Source of the DNA: Octopus sinensis
Taxonomy: Eukaryota
DNA length: 64,000 nucleotides
Assembly: GCF_006345805.1 (NCBI RefSeq)
Contig: NC_043025.1
Location: 5,766,001-5,830,000, forward strand
Direction: 5' to 3'
Numbering within the stretch: the first letter of the stretch is position 1; every line of letters begins with the position of its first letter. The notes beneath the pieces were generated by a model. The model had not been told where the DNA came from and searched no databases. It worked only from the letters and a program-made list of their open reading frames with translations. Made by a program: the position numbers and the translations under genes. Positions 1 through 12,955 of this stretch are shown here, in pieces.

Positions 1-123
1 TGAAACAAGTAAAAGAGTATATGAGATAGTGTGATTTATACGAGAGGAAATTCAGTATATTCCATCTCCTGCCTCATCAGAAATGTGTGGGCTTGTTTAT
101 AGATCTGAGATATCAATTCTTAC

Positions 124-220
124 CTGTAGTAATCAAGGTCTTCAGGTAGTTCTAACATCTCTTCTCTGCGGACTTCTTCAATATCCTCCATTTGACCCTC
201 CAATTCTGCAGAATACCGCA
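124..220 (-). CDS. MTO1: MTO1 exon: (V)RYSAELEGQMEDIEEVRREEMLELPEDLDYY(R)
   Basis: 97 nt with tttgcag| acceptor and AG|gtaaga donor. Matches the GidA C-terminal Y...Q..EI...E.L.LP.DLDY pattern. Later exons lie outside the window. Confidence 0.88.
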
Positions 221-254
221 CTGCAAAACAGCAAGGAAGGAAAAAAATACTACA

Positions 255-640
255 AGAAGAAGAAGAAGAAAAGAAGAAGAAGAAGAAGAAAAGAAGAAGA
301 AGAATACAGCAAAGAAGAAGAAGAAGACGACGACGACGAAGAAGAAGATCATCATCATCATCATCATCGTCATCATTGTCGTCATCATCGTCATCATCGT
401 CATCATCGTCATCGTCATCATCGTCATCGTCATCGTCGTCATCATCATCATCATCATCGTCATCATCGTCATCGTCATCATCGTCATCATCGTCATCATC
501 GTCATCATCATCATCGTCATCGTCATCATCGTCATCATCATCATCGTCATCATCGTCATCATCATCATCCTCATCATCATCATCATCATCGTCATCATCG
601 TCATCATCGTCATCATCGTCATCGTCATCATCATCATCAT
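255..640. repeat. Compound (GAA)n-(CAT/CGT)n microsatellite. Other low-complexity tracts: 1698-2030, 15436-16860, 19160-19700, 21185-21495, 26580-27220, 33340-34100, 51520-52260, 53640-54932, 55745-56270
   Basis: Read directly from the sequence; these tracts account for most homopolymeric ORFs in the track. Confidence 0.97.
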
Positions 641-1566
641 CTAGTTGATACAATCACTAGGACAGCTAGCATGTGAAATTGACATGCAAGTGGCCGAGCA
701 CTCCACAGACACGCGTACTCTTAACATAGTTAAGCGTAACACAGCTTGACACAGAATGTGACAAGGCTGGCCCATGGAATTACAGGTACAACTGATTTTT
801 GCCAGTTGAGTGAACTGGAGCAACACGAAATCAATGCTGCCAGGAATTGAACTCATAGTCTTACAATCAAAAGCTGAATACCCTGTCCACTAAACCATGT
901 GCCTTCTCACACACACACACACACACAAATCACATGCATAACAGCAAAATATAACCTTACTAGCGGTATCGCCCGGCGTTGCTCGGGTTTGTAAGGGAAA
1001 TAACTATAAAGCATTTTTAGAGAGTTATAGCCAAAAAATGGAAAAAAAATTATGGTAAATTTTTTTTTTAGTTAAAAAGGTCGAGTTGCATCCCCTAGAC
1101 AGTCTGTTGTTTGTGTTTCTGATTGTCGACCCCATGTCGAATTTATCGATTTTTTTCAGAACTGGGGGAACTTTTCAAAATTTTCTCTGCGTTAGTTTTG
1201 AATTATGACATTGGGCTATGTGTGTGTCAAGTTTTATCAGAATTGGTTGACAGCCGTGGTCAGGGTGAGGGTACAAGCTAACAGACACACAGACAAACTG
1301 CCGTTTATATAGAGAGAGATACCAGATATATATAAATGGGTGTAGGCGCGAGCATGGCTGTGTGGTTAGGGAGTTGGCTTCCTAGCTATATGGTTTCGGG
1401 TTCAGTCCCACTGCGTGTCACTTTGGGTAGGTGTCTTCCGCTATAGCCCCGAGCCGACTGAAGCTTTGTGATTGAATTCGGCAGGCAGAAGTCACTGCCA
1501 TGTGTGTATATATGCGTGTAGGTGCTTGTGCCTCTCCGAAAGAGAGAGAGAGGGTTAAAATCTTAC

Positions 1567-1685
1567 CTTCAATGGACAGTCTTTGTAGAATGGCTGACTG
1601 ACCAATCAGGTGACCAAACTCCTTTGGGAATGCTTTCACAAATTCCTCTGCGGTAATTGTTGGATCAGAAAATATTGAAAAGGCA
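1567..1685 (-). CDS. MTO1: MTO1 exon: (S)AFSIFSDPTITAEEFVKAFPKEFGHLIGQSAILQRLSIE
   Basis: 119 nt with tttcag| acceptor and G|gtaaga donor, phase 2 to 1. Ends in the conserved RLxIE motif. Confidence 0.85.
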
Positions 1686-1715
1686 CTGAAAATAGATATG
1701 ATGATGATGATGATG

Positions 1716-1760
<45 letters not shown>

Positions 1761-2111
1761 TCATTACGATGATAGTAATGACAATTATGAACGATAACGA
1801 TGATGACAATGAAGATGATAGTGATGACAATTATGATAATGACAACAATAATGATGATGATGATAGTGATGACAATTCTGATGATGATGATGATGATGAC
1901 AATTATGATAATGATGACGATTATGATGATGACAACAACAATGATGATGATAGTGATGACAATTATGACAATGATAAGAATGATGATGATGATGATGATA
2001 GTGATGATAATGATGACGATGATGATGACAGTTACGACACCTATGGTGAAGATGAACAAGAAAACAGCAAAATGCTATTGGCCACGCAATCCCTCCCAAA
2101 CAGATACCGAC

Positions 2112-2295
2112 CTTTTCTTCTGCACCTTCTTCTCATCCACCCTAGCAGTAGGGGTGCCGGCACTTTGCAGCTTCGACCTCCAGTTGTAACATGAGTCAAA
2201 GGTCGTCTTTAGCAAATCCAGGTTCTCATCTAAGGCAGTCAGCATCCGCATCATCTTTTCATACCTGTGTTTACTGACGCAGCCTTGGTGGTAAC
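2112..2295 (-). CDS. MTO1: MTO1 exon: (G)YHQGCVSKHRYEKMMRMLTALDENLDLLK...VDEKKVQKK
   Basis: 184 nt with ttacag|G acceptor and AG|gtcggt donor. Phase 1 to 2 fits both neighbours. Resembles the GY..GCVS..RY segment of MTO1. The donor choice is inferred from phase. Confidence 0.85.
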
Positions 2296-2551
2296 CTGTA
2301 AGATAAAAAGGGCAACAATATAAGACAGCTACCTTTGTTATTCTAACTGCTAGGCTTGCAGTAGGGCTCTGACACACTGGGTATGGCCTCCTCATCATCA
2401 TCATCATTATCATTTTAACGTTTACTTTTCTATGTTTGCATGGATCACAGACAGACAGAATTTATTGGGTGGATGCCCTTCCTGTCATCAAGTAAGGTAA
2501 TACTTACCCCTGGGGCCCAGATATGTTTAGCTAATGAACGACACTCTCTCT

Positions 2552-3410
2552 TTACTCTTTACTCTATTACTTGTTTCAGTCATTTGACTGTGGCCATGCT
2601 GGAGCACCGCCTTTAGTCGAGCAAATTGACACCCGGGACTTATTCTTTGTAAGCCCAGTACTTATTCTATCGGTCTCTTTTGCTGAACCGCTAAGTAATG
2701 GGGACGTAAACACACCAGCATATACACACACAAACATATACACACACATATACATATATATACATATATACAACAGGCTTCTTTCAGTTTCCGTCTACCA
2801 AATCCACTCACAAGGCATTGGTCGGCCCGGGGCTATAGTAGAAGACACTTGCCCAAGATGCCAAGCAGTGGGACTGAACCCAGAACCATGTGGTTGGTTA
2901 GCAAGCTACTTACCACACAGCCACTCCTGCGCCTACTACACTCCTTTACAATAGTCACACAATGTCAAGAGAAAGCAACACAAACATATATATATAGGCA
3001 CAGGAGTGGCTGTGTGGTAAGTAGCTTGCTAACCAACCACATGGTTCCAGGTTCAGTCCCACTGCGTGGCATCTTGGGCAAGTGTCTTCTGCTATAGCCC
3101 CGGGCCAACCAAAGCCTTGTCAGTGGATTTGGTAGACGGAAAAGTGAAAAGAAGCCAATCGTATATATGTATATATATGCGTGTGTGTGTTTGTATGTCT
3201 GTGTTGTCCCCCCACCATTGCTTGACAACCGATGCTGGTGTGTTTATGTCCCCGTCACTTAGCGGTTCGGCAAAAGAGACCGATAGAATAAGTACTGGGC
3301 TTACAAAGAATAAGTCCCGGGTGTCAATTTGCTCGGCTAAAGGCGGTGCTCCAGCATGGCCACAGTCAAATGACTGAAACAAGTAAAAGAGAGAAAAGAG
3401 TAAAAGAGAA
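2552..3410. mobile_element. tRNA-derived SINE family A (~400 bp with internal TA/TG microsatellite); two divergent copies here and over 20 in the window
   Basis: Head ggcgcaggagtggctgtgtggtaag...ggttcagtccc (A/B boxes), tail gactgaaacaagtaaaagag. Other copies include 5633-6050, 9722-10115, 10385-10790, 16866-17284, 17815-18208, 18470-18864, 29940-30358, 36212-36620, 40282-40818, 47735-48143, 50912-51320 and 56590-56996. Confidence 0.9.
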
Positions 3411-4123
3411 AGAGAAAAAAATACACAAGAACCCAAACACACACACATATACACATACACACACACACACATATACACATACACACACACACATATACAC
3501 ATACACACACATACATATACACATACACACACATACATATACACATACACACACATACATATACACATACACACACATACATACAAACTGATTTAAAAGT
3601 TTGGCACAAGGCCAGCATTTTGTGGAAGGGTGTAAGTTGAATACATCAACCCCAGTGTGTAACTGGTACTTATTTAATCAACCCCAAAAGGATGAAAGGC
3701 ATACTCGACCATGGCAGAATTTGAACTCAGAACGTAAAGTTAGATAATTATCATCATTGTTGTCATCATCATCATCATCAGAATTGTCATCACTATCATC
3801 ATCATCATTATTGTTATCATTATCATAATTGTCATCACTATCATCATTATTGTAGCCACCCCATCATCATTATCATCGTCATCATTGTCATCATCATAAT
3901 TGCCATCACTATCATCATCATTGTTGTTGTCATCATCATAATCGTCATCATTATCATAAAGTAGTTTAACTCTTATTTTTTTCAAGGCTTGAGCACCAAT
4001 TGAAAAATTCAAATTTGATTGCCAAGAATCCAAACTAGATTGAAACCATCTATATTAGCATTATCCTGTGTTTGAGAATAAAATTATTTCCTTATCTGTA
4101 TCTTTCAATATATATATATATAT

Positions 4124-4732
4124 ACTAGCAGCATTGCCCGGTTCAATGGGGATTTCAGGGGAGAGTTTCAAGGAGTCGCTGGCGATGTATCGTGATGATC
4201 AAAAATCCGGCCTGCTAAAATTTGGTTAAAGTGATTCAAACTGCAGACTCAACGCGAAATGGTCACATTTAATTCAAAGCGTTAAAAATGTTATGAAAAC
4301 AATTGGTATGTGTTCACAAAGTCCAAACGATTAATACGAAAAAACCCTCCAGGCTACATCCCGAAAATTCATTTCTTTGCCAAAATTTCTACAATGCTTA
4401 CGGCGATTCATTTTTATATCTTGATTTTTTATTTTTCATGCAATTTACGCATGCTTGCACGCATGCTTGCACGCGTGGTGAACACAGTTCACGCCAAACA
4501 GCTGACTGAGTAAAGTTCACTATTCAATGCATGGGATAAGGCCTAAACAAACATATTATCGATTTTTGCACTTGCGAGATGGATTTCGGAACAGAAATAG
4601 CGCAGTTCAATTTTCATTCGCCTAAACTTTAAGTGACCCATTTTTTGGTGGTTCTACAATTTGTTGGCTAGGAGGAGATGCGCTGGGAAGTTAAACACAC
4701 AGACACACAAGTTGAGTTTTATATATATAGAT
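4124..4732 (+). mobile_element. Non-autonomous Helitron-like (Lep1-type) element; reverse copy at 28795-29592, relatives at 959-1318 and 52711-53098
   Basis: Starts actagc...gcccgg and ends acagacacacaagttgagttttatatatatagat. No TIR or TSD. Confidence 0.65.
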
Positions 4733-5361
4733 ATATACATACACACACAGAGAAACATATATATTTAAACATACATACACACATACATACATATGTGCAT
4801 ACATATGACAGGCTTCTTTCACTTTCCATCAGCCAAATCCACTCACAAGGCTTTGGTCACCTTGAGGCTGTAGTGGAAGACACTTGCTCAAGGTGCCACG
4901 CAGTGGGACTGAACCCAGAACCATGTGGTTGGGAAGCAAACTTCCTACTACACTGCCACACCTTCTCCCAAAATATTTTCTCTGAAATCTCCCTGTCCCC
5001 TAAAATTCTGAAATACCTTTGGCAGTTAGTCGGATGTCCGCATTGTCAGGCTGCAGGTAGAGCCGGAACTCTGCTCGGCTGGTAAACTCAATGTATTCTC
5101 TGATATTTTTAGATGTTTCACTCATTAGACTGCGGTCATGCTGGGGCACCACCTTGCATCTGAATCAACCCCGGTACTTAAATATTTATTTAAAGCCTGG
5201 TACTTATTCTGTTAGTCACTTTTGGTGAACTGCTAAGTTATAGGGACACGACCACCCCAGCACTGGTTGTCAAGTGATGGTGGAGGGACAAACTACACTG
5301 CCACACCTCCTCCCAAAATATTTTCTCTGAAATCTCCCTGTCCCCTAAAATTCTGAAATAC

Positions 5362-5566
5362 CTTTGGCAGTTAGTCGGATGTCCGCATTGTCAGGCCGCA
5401 GGTAGAGCCGGAACTCTGCTCGGCTGGTAAACATGCGATACGGCTCAATGGTTCCCAGTGTGGTGAGGTCATCCACCATGACTCCGATGTAAGCTTCTGA
5501 TCGATCGATCGTCATGGTTGGTTTGTTCTGTACTTTAGAAGCTGCATTAATTCCAGCCAAAATACC
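5362..5566 (-). CDS. MTO1: MTO1 exon: GILAGINAA...[13 protein letters not shown]...[28 protein letters not shown](G)
   Basis: 205 nt with ttccag|G acceptor and AAG|gtattt donor. Carries the GidA motifs RxEAYIGVxxDDL and [11 protein letters not shown]. Confidence 0.97.
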
Positions 5567-6313
5567 CTGGAAAAAAATCAAAACAAGAGAAAAACCATCA
5601 CGAAAACCTCAAATAAAAATTCCAAAACAATAGGCGCAGGAGTGGCTGTGTGGTAAGTAGCTTGCTTACCAACCACATGGTTCCGGGTTCAGTCCCACTG
5701 CATGGCATCTTGGGCAAGTGTCTTCTGCTATAGCCTCGGGCCGACCAATGCCTTGTGAGTGGATTTGGTAGACGGAAACTGAAAGAAGCCTGTCGTATAT
5801 ATGTATATATATATATATGTGTGTGTGTGTATGTGTTTGTGTGTCTGTGTTTGTCCTTCTAGCATTGCTTGACAACCGATGCTGGTGTGTTTACGTCCCC
5901 GTCACTTAGCGGTTTGGCAAAAGAGACCAATAGAATAAGTACTGGGCTTACAAAGAATAAGTCCCGGGGTCGATTTGCTCGACTAAAGGCAGTGCTCCAG
6001 CATGGCCACAGTCAAATGACTGAAACAAGTAAAAGAGTAAAAGAGAGAGAGAGAGAGAGAGAATAAGAAATCCATTTATAAAATCATACTCAATGTATTC
6101 TCATATTTTTTTAGATGTTTCACTCATTAGACTGCGGTCATGCTGGGGCACCACCTTGCATCTGAATCAACCCCGGTACTTAAATATTTATTTAAAGCCT
6201 GGTACTTATTCTGTTAGTCACTTTTGGTGAACTGCTAAGTTATAGGGACATGACCACCCCAGCACTGGTTGTCAAGTGATGGTGGAGAGACAAACACAGA
6301 CACATGAATATGT

Positions 6314-6982
6314 ATGCACACACACTCTATAAGATGTACCCAGTACAAGCTATGGACACATAAGAGGTGTAGCAATATCAAAGGAAGGCTAACTGGGAAG
6401 ATAGTTTTTGTATGTGGCAGATGCTCGGAAGCAATAAACACTGAAAATGTGCAGAGAACAACTTCCGCCACATTCCAGGGAGAAAAACTAGAAGTAGTTG
6501 ATAGCTTCCATTACCTAGGTGACCAAGTCAGTAGCAGGGGTGGGTGCGCTGAAAGTGTAGCTGCTAGAATAAGAATAGCTTGGGCAAAGTTCAGAGAGCT
6601 CCTACCTCTACTGGTAACAAAGGGCCTCTAGCTCAGAGTAAAAGGTAGACTGTATGACACATGTGTATGAACAGCCATGCTACATGGCAGTGAAACATGG
6701 GCCGTAACTGCCGAGGACATGCATAAGCTCGCAAGAAATGAAGCCAGTATGGTCCGATGGATGTGTAATGTCAGTGTGCATACACGACAGAGTGTAAGTG
6801 CCCTAAGAGAAAAGTTGGACCTAAGAAGCATCAGATGTGGTGTGCAAGAGAGACGACTGCACTGGTATGGTCATGTGGCGAGAATGGATGAGGATAGCTG
6901 TGTGAAAAAGTGTCACACCATAGCGGTTGAGGGAATCTGTGGAAAAGGTAGACCCAGGAAGACCTGGGATGAGGTGGTGAAG
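6314..6982 (+). mobile_element. RTE-clade LINE 3' ORF fragment, decayed
   Basis: Translation includes LEVVDSFHYLGD...RIRIAWAKFREL...MLHGSETW...[12 protein letters not shown]...GRPRKTW, with in-frame stops and a Cys/His segment (CTQYKLWTHKRC...CGRC). Confidence 0.9.
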
Positions 6983-7099
6983 AAAAAAAGTACTGGCTAT
7001 AAATTCTTCAGGGCTGAAACAAGAAAAGAAATAAAAGACAAACCCTTTGTTTTCTATGGAGCATAGGCCAATGACAACTTGTCCCCACTGTTCTTAGCT

Positions 7100-7300
7100 T
7101 TAAGTCTTCCTCTCCAGGGGATTGCTGGCTTGAGCTGTCGTTGATGCTTCTGTAACTTTTTTAGGTAGGGATACTGTCCCTACACAAACCCATTTTTACC
7201 TTGGCCTCTATCTTTTGACCTGTCCAGCATGTGAGGCCCCACCAGGAGCTTACACTATGCTGGCATAACTCTCAGGGGGCATTGAGGCATATAAGCCAAC
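7100..7300 (-). mobile_element. Probable RTE-type LINE 5' UTR fragment
   Basis: Reverse complement reads ggcttatatgcctcaatgccccctgagagttatgccagc...ctcctggtggggcctcacatgctggacaggtc, resembling RTE/Expander 5' ends as I recall them. Not database-verified. Confidence 0.45.
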
Positions 7301-7488
7301 ACTACAACAAAGACTGGACCTTGTTGTAGTCCGAAATAGAGGAAACTATAAATAATACAGTCACTGATAATGCAGAACGTCTGCTGGGCTGAATAAAAAG
7401 TCAGTGTATGCAACTGAAACAGTATTAAGTTAAAATAGCAATCTATGGATCATAGACAGACTGACAGACAGACAAAGCCAAACCATAC

Positions 7489-7619
7489 CTGTGCTGCAGC
7501 TTCTTCATATCCTGTAGTTCCATTGATTTGACCAGCAAAGAACAGGTTGCTGATACGAAGTGTTTCCAAAGACTTCTTCAACTGACGTGGATCCATGTAA
7601 TCATATTCAACACCATAAC
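7489..7619 (-). CDS. MTO1: MTO1 exon: (G)[43 protein letters not shown]
   Basis: 131 nt with aag|G acceptor and CAG|gtatgg donor. Carries the GidA signature [16 protein letters not shown]. Confidence 0.97.
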
Positions 7620-7659
7620 CTTTATCGTGGAACACAAAAGAATAACAATAATAATAATA

Positions 7660-7696
<37 letters not shown>

Positions 7697-8867
7697 GCCG
7701 TGATGCAGTACCAGGCAGTGGCTCTCATGGCTTCTGATCTAAACTGATTGTAATAATAATAATAATAATAATAATATACATTGTTTTGTCTTGGTATAAA
7801 AGATGGGCTACAGCAAATATTCTGCTCAATACCACAGATTTGCTTGTCAGCTGTTTGACCATAACCAGTTGAGCATGTCCCTTAGTGGCTGACGATATGT
7901 GCATCTCTGATCACGAGCAGAAGTAGTGGGGGAGCATCATAGCCATGTGTTGAGAGGGATTCTTTGGGGTTTGAATAATTCACCTCTGGAAATATGGGTG
8001 GTTCTTTCAACATCCTTAAACAACCCTTATTCAGGGACCTTTTGAGCGGGATGGGCTACTCAACCTGAAGAAAATTCTCAATGGGACCCACCAGCAAGGT
8101 CATGTGCTGTTTATCTTGATATGAGATTACCATGTTGCGCACATATGGTTGTGATGCATGTGCCTGGTGTACCCTTACCAGATGGGTAGTCATGATGGGT
8201 ATATTGGGCTTCGTATATTTTACCCCAGTGTCACTTTGATGGCATGAACTGCTCTCTCACTCAATAATAATAATAATAATAATAAGACACTCGGCAAGAA
8301 ATGGAAGCAAATTTGAAAGAAGAGGAAAAAAAAAGATAATAATAATAATAACAACAATAATTCTTTCTACTAATTGCAGAAGGCAAATAATAATGATAAT
8401 AATAATGGTTTCAAATTTTGCCACAAGGGCAGCAATTTTGGGGGAGGAGATGGGTTGATCATATCGACCCTAGTCCTTCAACTGGTACTTCATTTCTCGA
8501 CTCTGAAAGGATGAACAGCAAAGACGACCTCGGCAGAATTTGAACTCAGAACATAGCAAAGAGTGAAATACCTATTTCTTTACTACCCACAAGGGGCTAA
8601 ACACAGAGAGGACAAACAAGGACAGACAAACGGATTAAGTCGATCATATCGACCCCAGTGCGTAACTGGTGCTTAATTTATCGACCCTGAAAGGATGAAA
8701 GGCAAAGTCGACCTTGGCGTAATTTGAACTCAGAACGTAGTGGCAGACTAAATACTGCTAAGCATTCCACCCGGCATGCTAACATTTCTGCCAGCTCGCC
8801 GCTAAGAGCGAAATACTGCTAAGCATTTTGTTAAGTGTGCTAACGATTCACCCAGCTTGCCACCTTC

Positions 8868-8914
<47 letters not shown>

Positions 8915-9330
8915 TGATGATTATGATGATGACAACAACAACTATGTTCATAATAGTGGACACTTTTTACTGTCCTCTTAACATCACACTACCTTCTTAT
9001 TATCAAATTCATTTTAAAACAAACTTCTAATCTTGTTATGCTTTAATAGAAGCCCTCTAGAACAATACTCTTTGCAAAACCAAAAGTATGGCACCCAAAT
9101 CATAACACCAACTTGAACTTGTAACTTATTGTCTTTTGCGGTCTTTGGGTGAGACTTGGAGTCAACTTGTACAAATACAAAGCAAAAGCCAACACCACAA
9201 CAAAGACTGGGCCTTGTTGTGGCCCAAAATATAGGAAACTATAAATAATTCATACACTGATAACGCAGAAAGTCTGCTGGGCTGAATAAAAAGTCTTTAT
9301 TATTATTATCATATAATGATGATGATGATG

Positions 9331-9363
<33 letters not shown>

Positions 9364-9882
9364 TTAATAATAATGATGATGATGATGATAATAATAATAA
9401 TAATAATAATGATAATAATAATAATGATGATAATAATAATAATAATAATATTAATAATAATGATGATAATAATAAAAATAATGATAATAATAATAATAAT
9501 AATAATAATATTAATAATAATGATGATGATGATGATAATAATAATAATATAATGATAATATAATGATGATAATAATAATATAATAATAATAATGATGATA
9601 ATAATAATAATAATAATAATAATAATATAATAATATTAATAATGATGATGATGATGATAATAATAATAATAATGATAATAATAATAATGATGATAATAAT
9701 AATAATGATGATGATGATAATAGGCGCAGGAGTGGCTGTGTGGTAAGTAGCTTGCTAACCAACCACATGGTTCCGGGTTCAGTCCCACTGCGTGGCATCT
9801 TGGGCAAGTGTCTTCTGCTATAGCCCCGGACCGACCAATGAATTTGGTAGACGGAAACTGAAAGAAGCCCGTCGTATATATG

Positions 9883-9913
<31 letters not shown>

Positions 9914-11115
9914 TTGTATGTCTGTGTTTGTCCCCTTAGCATTGCTTGACAACCGATGCTGGTGTGTTTACGTCCCCCGTCACTTAGCAGTTCGGCAAAT
10001 GAGACCGATAGAATAAGTACTGGGCTTACAAAGAATAAGTCCCAGGGTCGATTTGCTCGACTAAAGGCGGTGCTCCAGCATGGCCGCAGTCAAATGACTG
10101 AAACAAGTAAAAGAAAAAAAAAGAAAAAAAAAAGAAAAAAGATAATAATGGTAATAATAATAATAATAATATTTTATAAAGGTTGACTTAACTCTTCCCA
10201 AAGGAAAATAGACAGGAAAAAGAGACTGATGCGATTAGTAATAGATTGTTTATTCAACAGTTTGGACAGTATTTCAACAGAGCGTCTGTCTTCCTCCAAG
10301 TTCAAAATGTAAAATGAAAATAACTGCAGAAACACAGAAATTCAAAATGTAAATGAGAAAATCCTGTGTTCCTATTTTAAATATACTCTTTTTACTCTCT
10401 TTTTACTTGTTTCAGTCATTTGACTGCGGCCATGCTGGAGCACTGCCTTTAATCGAGAAACTCGACCCCGGGACTTATACTTTTGTAAGCCCAGTACTTA
10501 TTCTATCGGTCTCTTTTGCCGAACCGCTAAGTAACGGGGACATAAACACACCAGCATCGGTTGTCAAGCAATGCTAGGGAAACAAACACAGACACAAAAA
10601 CATATTCACACACACTTATATATATATACATATATACGACAGGCTTCTTTCAGTTTCCGTCTACCAAATCCACTCACAAGGCTTTGGTCGACCCGAGGCT
10701 ATAGTAGAAGACACTTGCCCAAGGTACTACGCAGTGGGACTGAACCCGGAACCATGTGGTTGGTAAACAAGCTACTTACCACACAGCCACTCCTCCAAGT
10801 TCAAAATGTAAAATGAAAATAACTGCAGAAACACAGAAATTCAAAATGTAAATGAGAAAATCCTGTGTTCCTATTTTAAATATGAGAAAGCATAAAATGC
10901 AAAGGCTGTAATTATAATTTTCCTTACACAACTGATTGTTTAGGTAACTGCCAGGATTTCTAAACATTCCAATTCTTCTTTGGTATAACATAAAAATCAA
11001 TCATCTCAATCTACTTGATTTAGATATTGTATAAAGATTGATGTAACTCTTCACGAAGGTAAATAGACAATAAGAGCGTGATGCAGTTTGTTATAGAGTT
11101 TGTTTGTTTACTGGT

Positions 11116-11158
11116 TCAAACAATATTTCAACAGATTGTTTGTCTTCTTCAAGTTCAA
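11116..11158 (-). ncRNA. Hammerhead-like motif (family C, partly decayed)
   Basis: Reverse complement reads UUGAAC-UUGAAGA-A-GACAA/CUGUU-GAAA-UAUU-GUUUGA. A third, more decayed copy lies at 10261-10306 (-). Confidence 0.5.
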
Positions 11159-11279
11159 AATATAAACAAGAAATCATGTGCTCCTATTGAACTGGAAAAA
11201 GACAGACGATCTGTCAAAATATCGATGAAACCATTAAACAAACAAGGTATTACACATTGCATTGCACTCCCCTAATTGT

Positions 11280-11419
11280 CTAATAATAATGATAAAATGA
11301 TAATAATAATAATATCATAATATAATAATAATAATAATCATAAAAAAAATAATAAAAAAATAATAATAATAATCATAATAATATAATAATCGTATAATAA
11401 TAATAATAATAGTAATATT

Positions 11420-11457
<38 letters not shown>

Positions 11458-11518
11458 CATAATAATAATAAAATAATAATAATAATAAAAAATAATAATA
11501 ATCATAATAATAATAATC

Positions 11519-11551
<33 letters not shown>

Positions 11552-11613
11552 TAATTGTAATAATAATAATAATAATAATAATAATCATAATAATAATAAT
11601 AATAATAATAATC

Positions 11614-11651
<38 letters not shown>

Positions 11652-11735
11652 CGTAATAATAATAATATAATAATAGTAATAATTGTAATAATAATAATAA
11701 TAATAATAATAATCATAATAATAATAATAATAATC

Positions 11736-11768
<33 letters not shown>

Positions 11769-11835
11769 TAATAATAATCATAATAATAATAGTAATAATT
11801 GTAATAATAATAATAATATAATAATAATAATAATA

Positions 11836-11872
<37 letters not shown>

Positions 11873-12542
11873 CATAATAATAATATAATAATAATATAAT
11901 CATAATAATAATAATAATAATAAATAATAAAAGATGCCCTGATGCAGTACCAGGCAGTGGCTCTCATGGCTTCTGATCTTAACTGATTGGAAGTGTTATC
12001 ATGTACATTGTTTTGTCTTGGTATAAAAGATGGGCTACAGCAAATATTCTGCTCAATACCACAGATTTGCTTGTCAGTTGTTTGACAGTTGTTTGACAAC
12101 CAGTTGAGCATGTCCCTTAGTGGCTGATGATATGTGCATCTCTGATCACGAGCAGAAGTAGTGGGGGAGCATCATAGCCATGTGTTGAGAGGGATGCTTT
12201 GGGGTTTGAATAGTTCACCTCTGGAAATATGGATGGTTCTTTCAACATCCTTAAACAACCCTTATTCGGGGACCGTTTGAGCGGGATGGGCTACTCAACC
12301 TGAAGAAAATTCAACTGGGCCCCACCTGCAAGGTCATGTGCTGTTTATCTTGATATGAGATCACCATGTCGCGCACATATGGTTGTGATGCATGTGCCTG
12401 GTGTACCTTTATCAGACGGTAGTCATGATGGGTATATTGGGCTTCGTATATTTAACCCAGTGTCACTTTGATGGCATGAACTGCTCTCTCACTCAATAAT
12501 AATATAATAATAATAATAATCATAATAATAATAGTAATAATT

Positions 12543-12580
<38 letters not shown>

Positions 12581-12883
12581 CGTAATAATAATAATAATTA
12601 ATAATAATCATAATAATAATAATAATAATCATAATAATAATAATAATAATAATCATAATAATAATAATATAATAATAATAATAATAATATAATAATAATC
12701 GTAATAATAATAATAATAATAATAATAATAGTAATAATTGTAATAATAATAATAATAATAATCATAATCATAATCATAATAATAATCATAATAATAATAA
12801 TAATAATAATAATAATAGTAATAATCGTAATAATAATAATAATAATAATAATCATAATCATAATAATAATAATAATAATAATC

Positions 12884-12922
<39 letters not shown>

Positions 12923-12955
12923 GTAATAATCGTAATAATAATAATAATAATAATA
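11280..12955. repeat. Long variant (TAA)n arrays (11280-11930 and 12495-12955; also 9295-9722)
   Basis: TAA runs with recurring cat/cgt/tag/tgt variant codons. Confidence 0.95.

Noticed and set aside
30-95. CUGAUGA on the minus strand (74-80) as a hammerhead or snoRNA C box
   Set aside because: No downstream GAAA or matching stem I, and the CUGA lies too close for a C/D snoRNA.
83-676. Long homopolymeric ORFs (poly-D/H/I/M/S; also YI/TH repeats at 19046-19791, 51640-52437 and 53636-56376)
   Set aside because: Open frames produced by stop-free microsatellites. Only 124-220 is a real exon here.
2571-3377. Recurrent ORFs such as [13 protein letters not shown]..., MPKVPRSGTEPGTMWLVSKLLTTQPLL and [11 protein letters not shown]
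   Set aside because: Conceptual translations of SINE A and SINE B, repeated wherever the SINEs occur.
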